From contig CAYQOZ010000001.1 of the NCBI GenBank assembly GCA_964419355.1, positions 1 through 54,546 of the forward strand: a stretch of 54,546 nt of DNA, in the 5' to 3' direction. The notes below the pieces were generated by a model. That model had not been told where the DNA came from, ran no database searches, and saw nothing but the letters and a program-made list of their open reading frames with translations. The translations under genes and the position numbers were made by a program. Positions 1 through 8,738 of this stretch are shown here, piece after piece (within the stretch, counting starts at the first letter, position 1; the number at the start of each line of letters is the position of its first letter). This DNA comes from an uncultured Candidatus Cloacimonadota bacterium (GTDB lineage Bacteria > Cloacimonadota > Cloacimonadia > Cloacimonadales > TCS61).

Positions 1-2
1 TA

Positions 3-1766
3 TTTAATTTTAAAATAAATGATACTGACCAATTTGTAGAGGGAGATAAAGCTGCCTATTTTGATTTCAAATTAGAAAAAATAGATCAAAATGGCGAAGT
101 AATCCCTGAAGAAGACGGTGGCTATCCTGAACCACCAGATGGTGACTGGTGGACAACAAAAGGACAGTCAGATATTCATAATTATTTTACTTGTCTTGAT
201 GATGAAGATGGAACAAGATTGGCACTTCTTTTGAATTCAGCAACTGAACATGATTCGACACGCTTGATTTCAAAAGCAATTGATTTAGCTGGAATTGAAT
301 CTGATGAAGCAATAACAACATTTTTTGTAAAAGAAGGATTTTATCCGGGTACTTTAATTTATAGCGGACTCTTGCAACCAGGACATAGTGAAAGTAATGA
401 CATTTTGGCACTCGGTCATAATCACTTTACGGTTTACAACACTATGAATCAAGTAATTCCAAGTGTATCTACTCCTGAAGGTGAGCATTTTTCCACACAT
501 CTTTGGGTAGATAAAGATAGAAATTTCACCTGCCTTTACAGCACTGATTTGAAGATTTATATGCATTGGGGTTATTATGGTGAATACGAACAAAGTAGCC
601 CTAATTTGGTAAAAAAATCTTTTATCTTCGATGAAGAGACGAGTGTAAACTATTTTACTGAAATAAAATATTTTGATCTCCGCTTGGATGGAGAACCATT
701 TCATTATGCTCCACTTCCTGCAAACGAATATAATTATTTAGATGAAGATACCGGCAAAGAGTGGCTTCGAGTTCCCGCAAGCAAAGATATTTCTCAAGAA
801 GTCTTATTAACAGGATTGAACCCCGGCACACATAGATTTGAAGTTCGTGCAGTAGATTTGCAAAATATTGCTGACGAAACACCTTCAAATATGATTTTCA
901 AAGTAATTCAACCAATTACTGCAGATGAAAAAGAGGGTATTTTGGTATTAGATGATGCAAGAGCACATTCAACATATTCTCCTGAAGAGTATGTTGATTC
1001 GCTCTATTCAACAGATTACTATTTCCAAAATTATAGCGGAACAGTAGATGCATTCGATAGAATTTATTCTAACGCTACTGTCTGGAATGGTATTTCCGTG
1101 CCAAACAGAGAGCATGTTTTTTCTCCAACTGATCTTCAAAATTATAAAACAGTTATCTATTTTTCAGATAGACCAACAGATGCGAGCAACTTCGAAAAAG
1201 AATACAATCCGTTATATTTGTATCTTCGCGGTGGCGGAAACCTAATTTTTAGTGGTGCTGCAAATTTGAATAATGTAAACTCTGATTTAGCAAGAATACC
1301 ACTTCTCAGTAAATATTTTGGAATCCAAACCGAAAATGATGATGCGATTGTAGCTCATAATAACAGCTGGATAACTGGAGAAAGCGTTAAAAGATATTTT
1401 GTTGAAGCTGTAAATAATACTACAGGCAATAATGTCTCTATCTTAAATCCTCACTTCAATGGTTCCGTTGAATATAATCCACTTACGCAAGATACTACTC
1501 TTGCGATTGCACCAATTTCATACTTCAGCAATGACCTGCTTATGGACGAGGTTGAGACGCTTTACACATTTGGTTGTAAACCGTATGGTGATGGTAATCT
1601 CGATCCAACAGAAACCGAATATGATTTTTTAACAGAGCAGCCTGTAGCGATTAAGAAACAAACAGATGAAAGTAGATGTTATCTCTTCGGATTTCCACTT
1701 TCATATATGGATCCAGTTGATGTAGAAATGATGTTAATGCAAATTATAGATGAAATTGAAGAATAG
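3..1766 (+). CDS. Large secreted/surface protein, C-terminal part (5' end is upstream of the window)
   Basis: Frame 3 is open from nt 3 to TAG 1764-1766. The ORF-track start (TTG 219) is only the first start-like codon, so the gene begins upstream of the window. Contains an Ig-like segment (LLTGLNPGTHRFEVRAVDLQN...IFKV). No catalytic motif recognised. Confidence 0.6.
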   Translation, partial: FNFKINDTDQFVEGDKAAYFDFKLEKIDQNGEVIPEEDGGYPEPPDGDWWTTKGQSDIHNYFTCLDDEDGTRLALLLNSATEHDSTRLISKAIDLAGIESDEAITTFFVKEGFYPGTLIYSGLLQPGHSESNDILALGHNHFTVYNTMNQVIPSVSTPEGEHFSTHLWVDKDRNFTCLYSTDLKIYMHWGYYGEYEQSSPNLVKKSFIFDEETSVNYFTEIKYFDLRLDGEPFHYAPLPANEYNYLDEDTGKEWLRVPASKDISQEVLLTGLNPGTHRFEVRAVDLQNIADETPSNMIFKVIQPITADEKEGILVLDDARAHSTYSPEEYVDSLYSTDYYFQNYSGTVDAFDRIYSNATVWNGISVPNREHVFSPTDLQNYKTVIYFSDRPTDASNFEKEYNPLYLYLRGGGNLIFSGAANLNNVNSDLARIPLLSKYFGIQTENDDAIVAHNNSWITGESVKRYFVEAVNNTTGNNVSILNPHFNGSVEYNPLTQDTTLAIAPISYFSNDLLMDEVETLYTFGCKPYGDGNLDPTETEYDFLTEQPVAIKKQTDESRCYLFGFPLSYMDPVDVEMMLMQIIDEIEE

Positions 1767-1777
1767 GTGGAGGAATT

Positions 1778-4700
1778 ATGAAAAAATATTATAATAACCT
1801 AATTATTACCGTTTTAATGCTTTCATTACTGTTAATTTTTAGCTGTGAGGAAAAACAAGTTACAGATCCCGACTCAAATGATGATGTTGTAAATGTTGAT
1901 GATGTTGATATTCTTTTGATAGATTCGTGGGATAGATATGAGATAATTAATCCTGCAATGCAAAAGAAAAATAACTATAACGATAGAGAGCGAGATGTTT
2001 TTCTTGTAGAAGAATCTTTTCTCACTATTAGTAGCCATGAAATTATTTTTCAAGATACGACTTATTCTTCAAATTCGGAAGAATTAGAAAGCATTCATCT
2101 GACTGATAATCAAATGTTTGTTGTAACTACTTCGGGCGACACAATCTATCATTACGATTATTTCTACAATATAGATTCAAAGGCTTTGTGGTTGAGAGAA
2201 GAAATAAGTGCTGATAATTTTTTGGCTGTTGACCCAACTATAATAGATACAGTTTGGCAAGATACCATAAGTTATGAAATAAATACAAATGATTATTTAT
2301 TGTTATTTGTGCATACCCAAGGACCGGCTGTAGAGCTTCAAGAACCGGAGCAAAATGAGTCTATTCCTGAAGATGAGAATACAAATACAGATTTAAATAT
2401 AAATTTTAAATGGGTTAGCACGGGTGCAGATGAGTATCTTCTTCAGGTTAGAAAAGATGATAACTTCTCTAACTCAAGTGGATTCGTTGTTGATACACTT
2501 TTGACGAGCACAGTGTCAGAAGGCTCTCCCGTAAATTACACACATTCTGAAGATTTCGATAATTTCAACACCTATTTTTGGAAAGTGAAAGCAGATAATG
2601 CTGGTTGGAGTGAAACTTGGGATTTTGAAACGAAAGATATTGTCAATCTCGTAACTCCAAGTAATAATATGTCTGTCTGTAAAAAACCACTCCTAAAATG
2701 GAGCGAATTTGATGGAGCTGCAAATTACAGCATTCAAATAGATACTACGACTACATTTAGCGGAGATGTGTTGGAAATTGAAACAAACGAAACAGAATAT
2801 TCACTGGTAGATTATCTTGAAGATGAAAAAACATATTTTTGGAAAGTGTTGGCTGACAATGCTATAGATAGTGAACAAGAAGAATATTGGAGTGGTACTC
2901 GCCAATTTAAGATTGAAAAAAGCATTACCTTGACTACTCCAGAAAATAATGCTTTCCAAGTTGATATCCCGGTAGAATGTAAATGGGATTCACTCGATAA
3001 TGCTCAAACTTTTACAATTCAAATTTCGGAAAATGCACCATTATTAGATGATAATGAATTGGAATATTTTGAAGATATTTTGATTGAAGAAACTGTAACC
3101 GAAGCTTCTTTTATTGAATCTGACATACTAAATGCCAACGAGAGATATTATTGGCGCGTTCATAGTGATGTGGCTACAAAATGGTGTAGAGTGGATAGTT
3201 TTTTGACTAACAACAGCGTTTTGTTAACGAGTCCAGTAAATGCAGATTCAAATATGGGTGTAATTCTCAAGTATAATTGGCAAGATTTTGAAGATGCAGA
3301 TGAATACACCTTGCAAGTTGCAACTGATGATATTTTTAGTAACATTGTAATTGAAGAGATAACAACAAATTCAAATTGTATTCCAATTTATGAATTAAGT
3401 TCAGATTCACAATATTATTGGAAAGTCTTGGCAAATAATGCAAATGGTAATTGGAGTGAAGTTTGGTCTTTTAACACTACTTCTATTTCTAATAATGTTA
3501 TCTTGTCTGAACCGACTAATGATACTATAAATGTTGCTCAGTTACCAACTTTAAAGTGGAACAAAGAAAGTGCTAATTACTGCCATATTCAATTTTCGGA
3601 TACAGCATCTTTTGATAATTTAATTATTGATAAAATAGTAACAGATGATAGCTACACTTTGAAAGAAGAAGAAATTTTAACGCTGAACTCTACATATTAT
3701 TGGAGAGCTTGTAGTGATTTGGAAAGTTGGAGCGATACTTGGTCATTTACCACTACCACAGGGGTTCCTCTTGATTTAGAAGCAAGCGTCAATATTGAAA
3801 CACCAAATAAGATTGATTTAATTTGGAGCAGTAATTCTGGTGAGCATATTTCATATCATTTAGAGTATTCTTTAGATGAAGAAACTTGGGAGGAAATAGC
3901 AGAAATTGATGCTGATATAGTCGATTTAGAATATTCAGATTTAGGTAAAAATGTAAACACTACCTATTATTATCGCATTCGTTCTGAAAATCCAACAAGT
4001 TTTAGTGATTATTCAGAAATTGTTGAAATTATAACTCCTGATTTTGTTTTTGACCAGAATCCAATTTTGATTAATATTGGAAATGGTACTTTTGAAATGG
4101 GAAGCGTAGATGGTAATGAGGACGAAATGCCGGTGCGTGAAATAACCTTAACAAATTCTTTCCAAATTGCCGAAACAGAAATTACAAACGCTCAATATTG
4201 CGAATTGCTAAATTGGGCATTAGGTAAAGGCAAAATAAAAGGAATTTTGGATAATGATTTTAATTACACTTCCGATGCTATTCAGTTTGAAACGATTTTG
4301 GATTCCACAAATACAGATTATCAATTAAATTACCGAAGTGCCGAAGAGGCGTTTGATGTTGTAACCGAGATGGGTGATTACCCAATTGCGGCTGTAACTT
4401 GGTATGGTGCCGCTGCTTATTCAAATTGGTTAAGTGAAGTAACTACCAACTCAGAACTTTACACAATCTCCGCATCACCAATATGGGGATGCAACACTTA
4501 TGGAGAAACTGGCTATCGCCTTCCAACCGAAGCAGAATGGGAATTTGCTACAATTGGCGGAAATAATAGTAATAACTATCTTTATAGCGGAAGTAATGAT
4601 ATTGAAGATGTGGCGTGGTATATTATGAATTGTGATGAGATTCAGGCAGTCGCCACAAAAGATGAGAACGAACTCGGCATTCATGATATGAGTGGAAATT

Positions 4701-4927
4701 TGTGGGAATGGTGCAATGATTATTATGCTGAATACGATCCAAACAATACTGAAAATCCTGAAGTGACTATCGGTAGTTATCCATTCAAAAAGGTAATTCG
4801 TGGCGGTAGTTGGGAATTTAGTGAGGATTATCATCGAAACACAAATAGGTCTAGTTGCAAAGCAAACTTAGATTATGGTAAAGTGAATACCTGCATTGGT
4901 TTTAGAGTTGTGCTAATTGGTGAATAA
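1778..4927 (+). CDS. Surface lipoprotein with five tandem ~95-aa repeats, an FN3-like module and a C-terminal FGE/SUMF1-family domain
   Basis: Has a LIFSC lipobox and GGAGG at 1769-1773. The repeats end in Y[YF]W[KR]V...W..[TV]W.F.T. The FN3-like part reads IDLIWSS...YYYRIRSEN. FGE-type motifs are GYRLPTEAEWEFA, HDMSGNLWEWCNDYY and RGGSWEF. Confidence 0.85.
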   Translation: MKKYYNNLIITVLMLSLLLIFSCEEKQVTDPDSNDDVVNVDDVDILLIDSWDRYEIINPAMQKKNNYNDRERDVFLVEESFLTISSHEIIFQDTTYSSNSEELESIHLTDNQMFVVTTSGDTIYHYDYFYNIDSKALWLREEISADNFLAVDPTIIDTVWQDTISYEINTNDYLLLFVHTQGPAVELQEPEQNESIPEDENTNTDLNINFKWVSTGADEYLLQVRKDDNFSNSSGFVVDTLLTSTVSEGSPVNYTHSEDFDNFNTYFWKVKADNAGWSETWDFETKDIVNLVTPSNNMSVCKKPLLKWSEFDGAANYSIQIDTTTTFSGDVLEIETNETEYSLVDYLEDEKTYFWKVLADNAIDSEQEEYWSGTRQFKIEKSITLTTPENNAFQVDIPVECKWDSLDNAQTFTIQISENAPLLDDNELEYFEDILIEETVTEASFIESDILNANERYYWRVHSDVATKWCRVDSFLTNNSVLLTSPVNADSNMGVILKYNWQDFEDADEYTLQVATDDIFSNIVIEEITTNSNCIPIYELSSDSQYYWKVLANNANGNWSEVWSFNTTSISNNVILSEPTNDTINVAQLPTLKWNKESANYCHIQFSDTASFDNLIIDKIVTDDSYTLKEEEILTLNSTYYWRACSDLESWSDTWSFTTTTGVPLDLEASVNIETPNKIDLIWSSNSGEHISYHLEYSLDEETWEEIAEIDADIVDLEYSDLGKNVNTTYYYRIRSENPTSFSDYSEIVEIITPDFVFDQNPILINIGNGTFEMGSVDGNEDEMPVREITLTNSFQIAETEITNAQYCELLNWALGKGKIKGILDNDFNYTSDAIQFETILDSTNTDYQLNYRSAEEAFDVVTEMGDYPIAAVTWYGAAAYSNWLSEVTTNSELYTISASPIWGCNTYGETGYRLPTEAEWEFATIGGNNSNNYLYSGSNDIEDVAWYIMNCDEIQAVATKDENELGIHDMSGNLWEWCNDYYAEYDPNNTENPEVTIGSYPFKKVIRGGSWEFSEDYHRNTNRSSCKANLDYGKVNTCIGFRVVLIGE
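2398..3765 (+). repeat. Five divergent tandem coding repeats (~285 nt each) inside the lipoprotein gene
   Basis: Five repeat units each begin with a [FL]KW-type start: NFKWVS, LLKWSE, VECKWDS, LKYNWQD, TLKWNK. Each closes with one of YFWKVKADNAGWSETWDFET, YFWKVLADNA..WSGTRQFKIE, YYWRVHSDVATKWCRVDSFLT, YYWKVLANNANGNWSEVWSFNT or YYWRACSDLESWSDTWSFTT. Confidence 0.7.
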
Positions 4928-4952
4928 TCTGTGATTTTAAAACATAAAAAAA

Positions 4953-4981
4953 ACAGCACCTGATTTCGGGTGCTGTTTTTA
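4953..4981 (+). terminator. Rho-independent terminator
   Basis: The stem ACAGCACC pairs with GGTGCTGT around the loop TGATTTCG, and a T-run follows. It sits 26 nt after the stop codon. Confidence 0.75.
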
Positions 4982-4988
4982 AATAAAG

Positions 4989-5327
4989 ATGAAAAAATAT
5001 TATTATACTATTGGTGAAGTTAGTAATTTATTAGATATAAAACAATATGTTTTACGCTATTGGGAAAAAGAATTTTCGCAAGTTCATCCACAAAAAAGAT
5101 TTGGTCGTAACCGCAAATACAGCCCAGACGACATCGAAACTTTAAAAAAAATTAAACATATGCTGTATACTCAGAAATTCACAATTGCGGGTTGTAAAAA
5201 AAAATTAAGAGAGATGAAAAATGCACCAAATCAGATTGAGCTTGACTTTTCGGTAAGTAAGAAAGAGGTTAAAAAAAAACTTAAAGATGATTTATTGGAA
5301 GTAAAAAAAATACTTTTAAGCAAATAA
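4989..5327 (+). CDS. MerR-family transcriptional regulator (small, 112 aa)
   Basis: The N-terminal MerR-type HTH reads YTIGEVSNLLDIKQYVLRYWEKEF...RKYSPDDIETLKKIKHML. Confidence 0.8.
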   Translation: MKKYYYTIGEVSNLLDIKQYVLRYWEKEFSQVHPQKRFGRNRKYSPDDIETLKKIKHMLYTQKFTIAGCKKKLREMKNAPNQIELDFSVSKKEVKKKLKDDLLEVKKILLSK

Positions 5328-5330
5328 AAA

Positions 5331-5356
5331 AAGCCGACTTTGTCGGCTTTTTTTTA
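5331..5356. terminator. Bidirectional rho-independent terminator between convergent genes
   Basis: GCCGAC-TTT-GTCGGC hairpin with an A-run upstream and a T-run downstream. It lies between the stops at 5327 (+) and 5371 (-). Confidence 0.75.
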
Positions 5357-5370
5357 TGATAATTCCACAA

Positions 5371-5922
5371 TTATTTTTTATGAAAACCTTTACCTTTTCT
5401 GCCAAAACCAGATTTATGATTTTTCATAAAATCTTTCGCTTTTTCTTTCTGTTCAGCGGTTAAATTTTTCCACATTTTCATGCGAACATCAACGCGACTG
5501 TTCATCATCGCAAGTTTTTTATCCATAATTTTAGCGTTAACTTTTTTAATTAATGTAAAATTATGTTTCATCATTGCCTCACGTTTTTCGATTTGTAGAA
5601 TCTGAATATCGGCATGAATCTGAATATTAGCTTTTTCAACTTCAGCGCGAAGTTTTTTGCCTTGCACTACTTGCTCATCAGTAAGTTCCAAAAATTCTGC
5701 CATCATTTGCAACATGCCTTCGCCTTCGCCTTCGCCACAATCTGCCACAATAAATTGTTCACCTTTTTGCATTCGTGGATGTTCCATACCTTGATGACAA
5801 TCCTTCATCTTTTCGTGTTGGAATCCATCCATTTTACCTTTGCAAAAATTGTCACCAAAAGCTGAAAGCACCGCAATTGACAACATTGCCACGACTACTG
5901 TTAAAATGATTTTTTTCATCAT
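5371..5922 (-). CDS. Periplasmic Spy/CpxP/ZraP-like (LTXXQ) protein with a Cys/His/Met-rich N-terminal region
   Basis: Signal peptide MMKKIILTVVVAMLSIAVLSA. LTXXQ motifs ELTDEQ and NLTAEQ. Metal-ligand-rich stretch CKGKMDGFQHEKMKDCHQGMEHPRMQ. Confidence 0.7.
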   Translation of the reverse strand: MMKKIILTVVVAMLSIAVLSAFGDNFCKGKMDGFQHEKMKDCHQGMEHPRMQKGEQFIVADCGEGEGEGMLQMMAEFLELTDEQVVQGKKLRAEVEKANIQIHADIQILQIEKREAMMKHNFTLIKKVNAKIMDKKLAMMNSRVDVRMKMWKNLTAEQKEKAKDFMKNHKSGFGRKGKGFHKK

Positions 5923-5947
5923 TTCCTCCTTTTTATTTTATTGAAAT

Positions 5948-6244
5948 TTATTTCCAATGTCCGGGAATCCACGCCCAGCCACTATTGGCTTTTTTCCAAT
6001 GTCCTTCTTTCCAAATGCGATTTCTCTTTTTTCGCTCCCATCTACCTTGCACCCACACATATTTTTGTTTGCGTTTATTCCATTTCCAGTGCCCAGAAAC
6101 CCAAACAGCATTGTGCTTTGGTTTTTTCAACTTAATTTCTGCTTTTTTTGTCGGTGGAGCTTGTTGGATGTAAATGGTTCGAGTGGCACAACTGCTTCCA
6201 AACATGACGACAAATAACATCGTAACAAAATACATTCTTTTCAT
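5948..6244 (-). CDS. WXXGXW/YXWGXW-repeat lipoprotein
   Basis: Lipobox FGSSC. Repeats VWVSGHWKW, YVWVQGRWE, IWKEGHWK, WAWIPGHWK. ATGA start/stop overlap with the upstream gene at 6241-6244. Confidence 0.65.
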   Translation of the reverse strand: MKRMYFVTMLFVVMFGSSCATRTIYIQQAPPTKKAEIKLKKPKHNAVWVSGHWKWNKRKQKYVWVQGRWERKKRNRIWKEGHWKKANSGWAWIPGHWK

Positions 6245-6636
6245 TTTCTTCTCCTCATTTCCCTGTTTTTTCTCATTTTCAGAAATCTTTGCAACTCTTT
6301 TGGCTTCATCTCTTTTCTCATTTCTATGATATTTTTACCAAGTTCACGTTCCATTTCAGTTTGGCTATTCAGCATTTCATCTAATTTATTAAAAAGTTCT
6401 TCGTCCGAAATTTCTGGATTTACCACCATTTGCATAAAATTTTCTCTATTTTTGTGAAATCCCTTTCGGAGTGGATGCACTTTTTCTATTACTATTTGGT
6501 AAATAGATTTACATCCATCTGCAGTTTCGCAATTTATTTTTGACGCAACGAAGTGTAACCTTGCAATGGAAAAAAGGATAGCAATATTAAATGCTAACGA
6601 AATGATAAGCAAAATAAATAGTGCTTTTTTTGACAT
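6241..6636 (-). CDS. Membrane-anchored helical periplasmic protein (possibly CpxP-like)
   Basis: N-terminal TM segment ALFILLIISLAFNIAILFSIA followed by a charged helical C-terminus. TAATG overlap with the upstream gene at 6634-6638. Confidence 0.5.
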   Translation of the reverse strand: MSKKALFILLIISLAFNIAILFSIARLHFVASKINCETADGCKSIYQIVIEKVHPLRKGFHKNRENFMQMVVNPEISDEELFNKLDEMLNSQTEMERELGKNIIEMRKEMKPKELQRFLKMRKNREMRRRK

Positions 6637-6926
6637 TATTCTCCCTCCGCAAAATAGGAGTAAAGGCTTTCTTCTCCAATTTGAATATTTTCATTCTTTT
6701 GAGCAAAAGTAAGGTTACTCAAAAGAATACCGGAAAGGAAAGAAAAAATAATTGATGCCGCAATCGCAAAATCAATAAATCGATGAAACGGCTTGTAGCT
6801 TATGACAACATCCGTTTCAACTTCTGCCAAAATACGCTTATTCAGAAACTCTGAAACTTCTTCATTTTTGTACTTTGCCAAAAACTCATCGACAAATTCT
6901 GCTGTTTTTTTCTCAAATTCTTTCAT
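6636..6926 (-). CDS. Putative anti-sigma factor (single-pass membrane protein)
   Basis: Lies directly downstream of the ECF sigma gene. Has one TM (FIDFAIAASIIFSFLSGILLSNL). The call rests on position and topology only. Confidence 0.45.
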   Translation of the reverse strand: MKEFEKKTAEFVDEFLAKYKNEEVSEFLNKRILAEVETDVVISYKPFHRFIDFAIAASIIFSFLSGILLSNLTFAQKNENIQIGEESLYSYFAEGE

Positions 6927-6941
6927 TTTTTCCTCAATTTT

Positions 6942-7436
6942 TTAGACATTATTTTTCGCTTTATACTGCAAAATATTTTTTTTTAATTTTCGTTTTGCTC
7001 TTACTAAGCGGCTATCTACCGCTGAAACAGTGCATTTTAAAACTTTTGCAATTTCTTTGTAGCTCATTTTTTGGTAAAATTGCAATTCGATAATAAATGC
7101 ATCTTCTGGTGAAAGTTGTTGTAAACATTTTTTCACCATATCATTTTTTGACGAATTATCTTCCGCAATCTCTTCCGCTATATGATCTAAATTTGCTGTT
7201 TGCTCTTTTTTTTTTCGCACCTTAATTACATTTAAAGCTTTATGATAGGCGGTGGTAAACAAATATGAACGATATAATTTTGCATCCACATTTTCCATTT
7301 TATGATAAAAAGAAATGAATGTTTCTTGTAACACATCTTCCGCATCTTCACGATGTCGCAAAACCCTCAACAAATAGTTGAATATCTTCTTGTTTTCAAT
7401 TTTTAGTATCGTCCTAAATTCACTTTTTTTCATCAA
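6942..7436 (-). CDS. ECF (sigma-70 family group IV) RNA polymerase sigma factor
   Basis: Region 2 reads EDAEDVLQETFISFYHK. The region 4 HTH reads MSYKEIAKVLKCTVSAVDSRLVRAKRKLKK. Confidence 0.85.
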   Translation of the reverse strand: MMKKSEFRTILKIENKKIFNYLLRVLRHREDAEDVLQETFISFYHKMENVDAKLYRSYLFTTAYHKALNVIKVRKKKEQTANLDHIAEEIAEDNSSKNDMVKKCLQQLSPEDAFIIELQFYQKMSYKEIAKVLKCTVSAVDSRLVRAKRKLKKNILQYKAKNNV

Positions 7437-7579
7437 TTTTACCTTTTCTCACTTTGACAATGAAAACAAAAAATATCTGCACTATTTTTGTAAATCAATT
7501 TCTTTAAATAAAAATCCTTGCCAGATAAACAGATAGATTTTTTTTCGTATCAGAATAAGTATTATTAGGATGGTTTATT

Positions 7580-7771
7580 ATGTCGAAAGTTTGTGATATT
7601 TGTGGAAAAGGAGCACAAAGGGGAAATCATAGAAGTCACTCTTTGAACGCTACTAAAAGAAAATTTTATCCGAACCTTATAAAGATGAAAGCCGAGATTG
7701 ACGGTGAAGTTAAAAAAGTGAAGGTTTGTGCTTCTTGTCTAAAAGGCAATAAAGTAAGAAAAGTTCTTTAG
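7580..7771 (+). CDS. rpmB: 50S ribosomal protein L28 (Cys4 zinc-ribbon form)
   Basis: [33 protein letters not shown] matches the L28 signature. Has CxxC...CxxC. Confidence 0.9.
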   Translation: MSKVCDICGKGAQRGNHRSHSLNATKRKFYPNLIKMKAEIDGEVKKVKVCASCLKGNKVRKVL

Positions 7772-7779
7772 TTTCAAGC

Positions 7780-7810
7780 AAGACCGAATTAATTTTCGGT
7801 CTTTTTTTGT
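7780..7810 (+). terminator. Rho-independent terminator after rpmB
   Basis: AAGACCGAA-TTAATT-TTCGGTCTT hairpin followed by TTTTTTGTTTT. Confidence 0.8.
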
Positions 7811-7842
7811 TTTAGCAATACAATTAATTTAAGGAGCGACAA

Positions 7843-8325
7843 ATGGAATTTATTATAGAAAAAATCACCGTGCCAGATGGCTGTAATTTGATATTCGGAA
7901 TGTCTCATTTTATCAAAACGGTAGAAGATCTTTATGAAGCAATGGTAAATTCTGTTCCCAAAATTAAATTTGGACTTGCTTTTAACGAAGCATCCGGACA
8001 TTGTTTGGTAAGAAAAGAAGGAACCGATAATGAATTGATGGAAATAGCTGTTGAAAATCAATTACGAATTGGAGCAGGACACACTTTCCTGATTGTAATG
8101 AAAGATGTGTTTCCGATTAATGTTCTTCCAGCTATAAAAAATTGTCGAGAAGTTGCTTCTGTTTTTTGTGCCACAGCAAATCCTGTGGAAATAATTATGG
8201 CAAAGACTGAGCAAGGAAGAGGAGTTCTTGGCGTTATCGATGGTTTTTCGCCAAAAGGAATTGAATTAGATACAGATATTACAGACCGTAAAAAATTGCT
8301 GCAAAATATTGGTTACAAAAGATAA
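7843..8325 (+). CDS. Adenosine-specific-kinase-family (PF04008-like) protein
   Basis: Size is 160 aa. Motifs FGMSHFIKTVEDLYEAM, FGLAFNEASG, GAGHTF, CATANPVEII, GRGVLGVIDG and a C-terminal IGYKR are as I remember for this family. Confidence 0.6.
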   Translation: MEFIIEKITVPDGCNLIFGMSHFIKTVEDLYEAMVNSVPKIKFGLAFNEASGHCLVRKEGTDNELMEIAVENQLRIGAGHTFLIVMKDVFPINVLPAIKNCREVASVFCATANPVEIIMAKTEQGRGVLGVIDGFSPKGIELDTDITDRKKLLQNIGYKR

Positions 8326-8359
8326 TGAAAATTTTTAGCTATTTGGAAAAAAGAGCGAA

Positions 8360-8722
8360 ATGATTGTAGAAATTAGTCGTGAACAAGCAGATGAAATGAT
8401 TGCAAGAATTTCAAAATTCATCGTGAATCGAAAGATGGCAGCTCCGGCTATAATAACAATCGAATCTCTTAGACCACTCAGCAGAATAGGAAGTCAATTA
8501 CTACATTTTTTAGCTCCTTTTGCGGAAATTATTTTTAATGCGGAAGAGTATCAAAAATTTGCAATTTTGCTAGAAGATCAGGAAAATATTAAAAAATTAG
8601 TTCAAAAAATTGATGAAATTGATTCAGAAATGTTCCAAAAAGAACGCAAACAAAAAAAACTTCTTAGAAAAAGAAGAAATAATAAAATTAAAAATTTCTT
8701 TAAGTTTAGAAAAAAAAAGTAG
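8360..8722 (+). CDS. Hypothetical protein with a Lys/Arg-rich tail
   Basis: 120-aa ORF ending 17 nt before the GlmL-like start. No recognisable domain. Confidence 0.5.
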   Translation: MIVEISREQADEMIARISKFIVNRKMAAPAIITIESLRPLSRIGSQLLHFLAPFAEIIFNAEEYQKFAILLEDQENIKKLVQKIDEIDSEMFQKERKQKKLLRKRRNNKIKNFFKFRKKK

Positions 8723-8738
8723 TGAGATGGAGGTAGAT

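Noticed and set aside
5150-5310. A8-A10 homopolymer runs inside the MerR gene as possible slipped-strand phase-variation tracts.
   Set aside because: They encode Lys runs in a Lys-rich protein from an AT-rich genome. Similar runs occur in many housekeeping genes here, so nothing suggests switching.
5941-6217. Three overlapping plus-strand ORFs (5941-6135, 5957-6217, 5985-6173) opposite the WXXGXW lipoprotein gene.
   Set aside because: The minus-strand reading gives a lipobox plus clean WXXGXW repeats and is translationally coupled to its operon. The plus-strand products are Phe/Ser/Pro-rich and show no motifs.
8610-8738. Upstream extensions of ORF-track starts: 8610 for the GlmL-like gene, 12693 for the Mla lipoprotein, 17933-18112 for bamD-like, 25769-25864 for PorV-like, 30752-30871 for ftsK, 41420-41443 for the triple c, 49690 for tyrS, and 50931 for M50.
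   Set aside because: Each extension overlaps the neighbouring gene or the origin region. In each case an internal ATG or TTG with a good Shine-Dalgarno sequence gives a sensible signal peptide or N-terminus.
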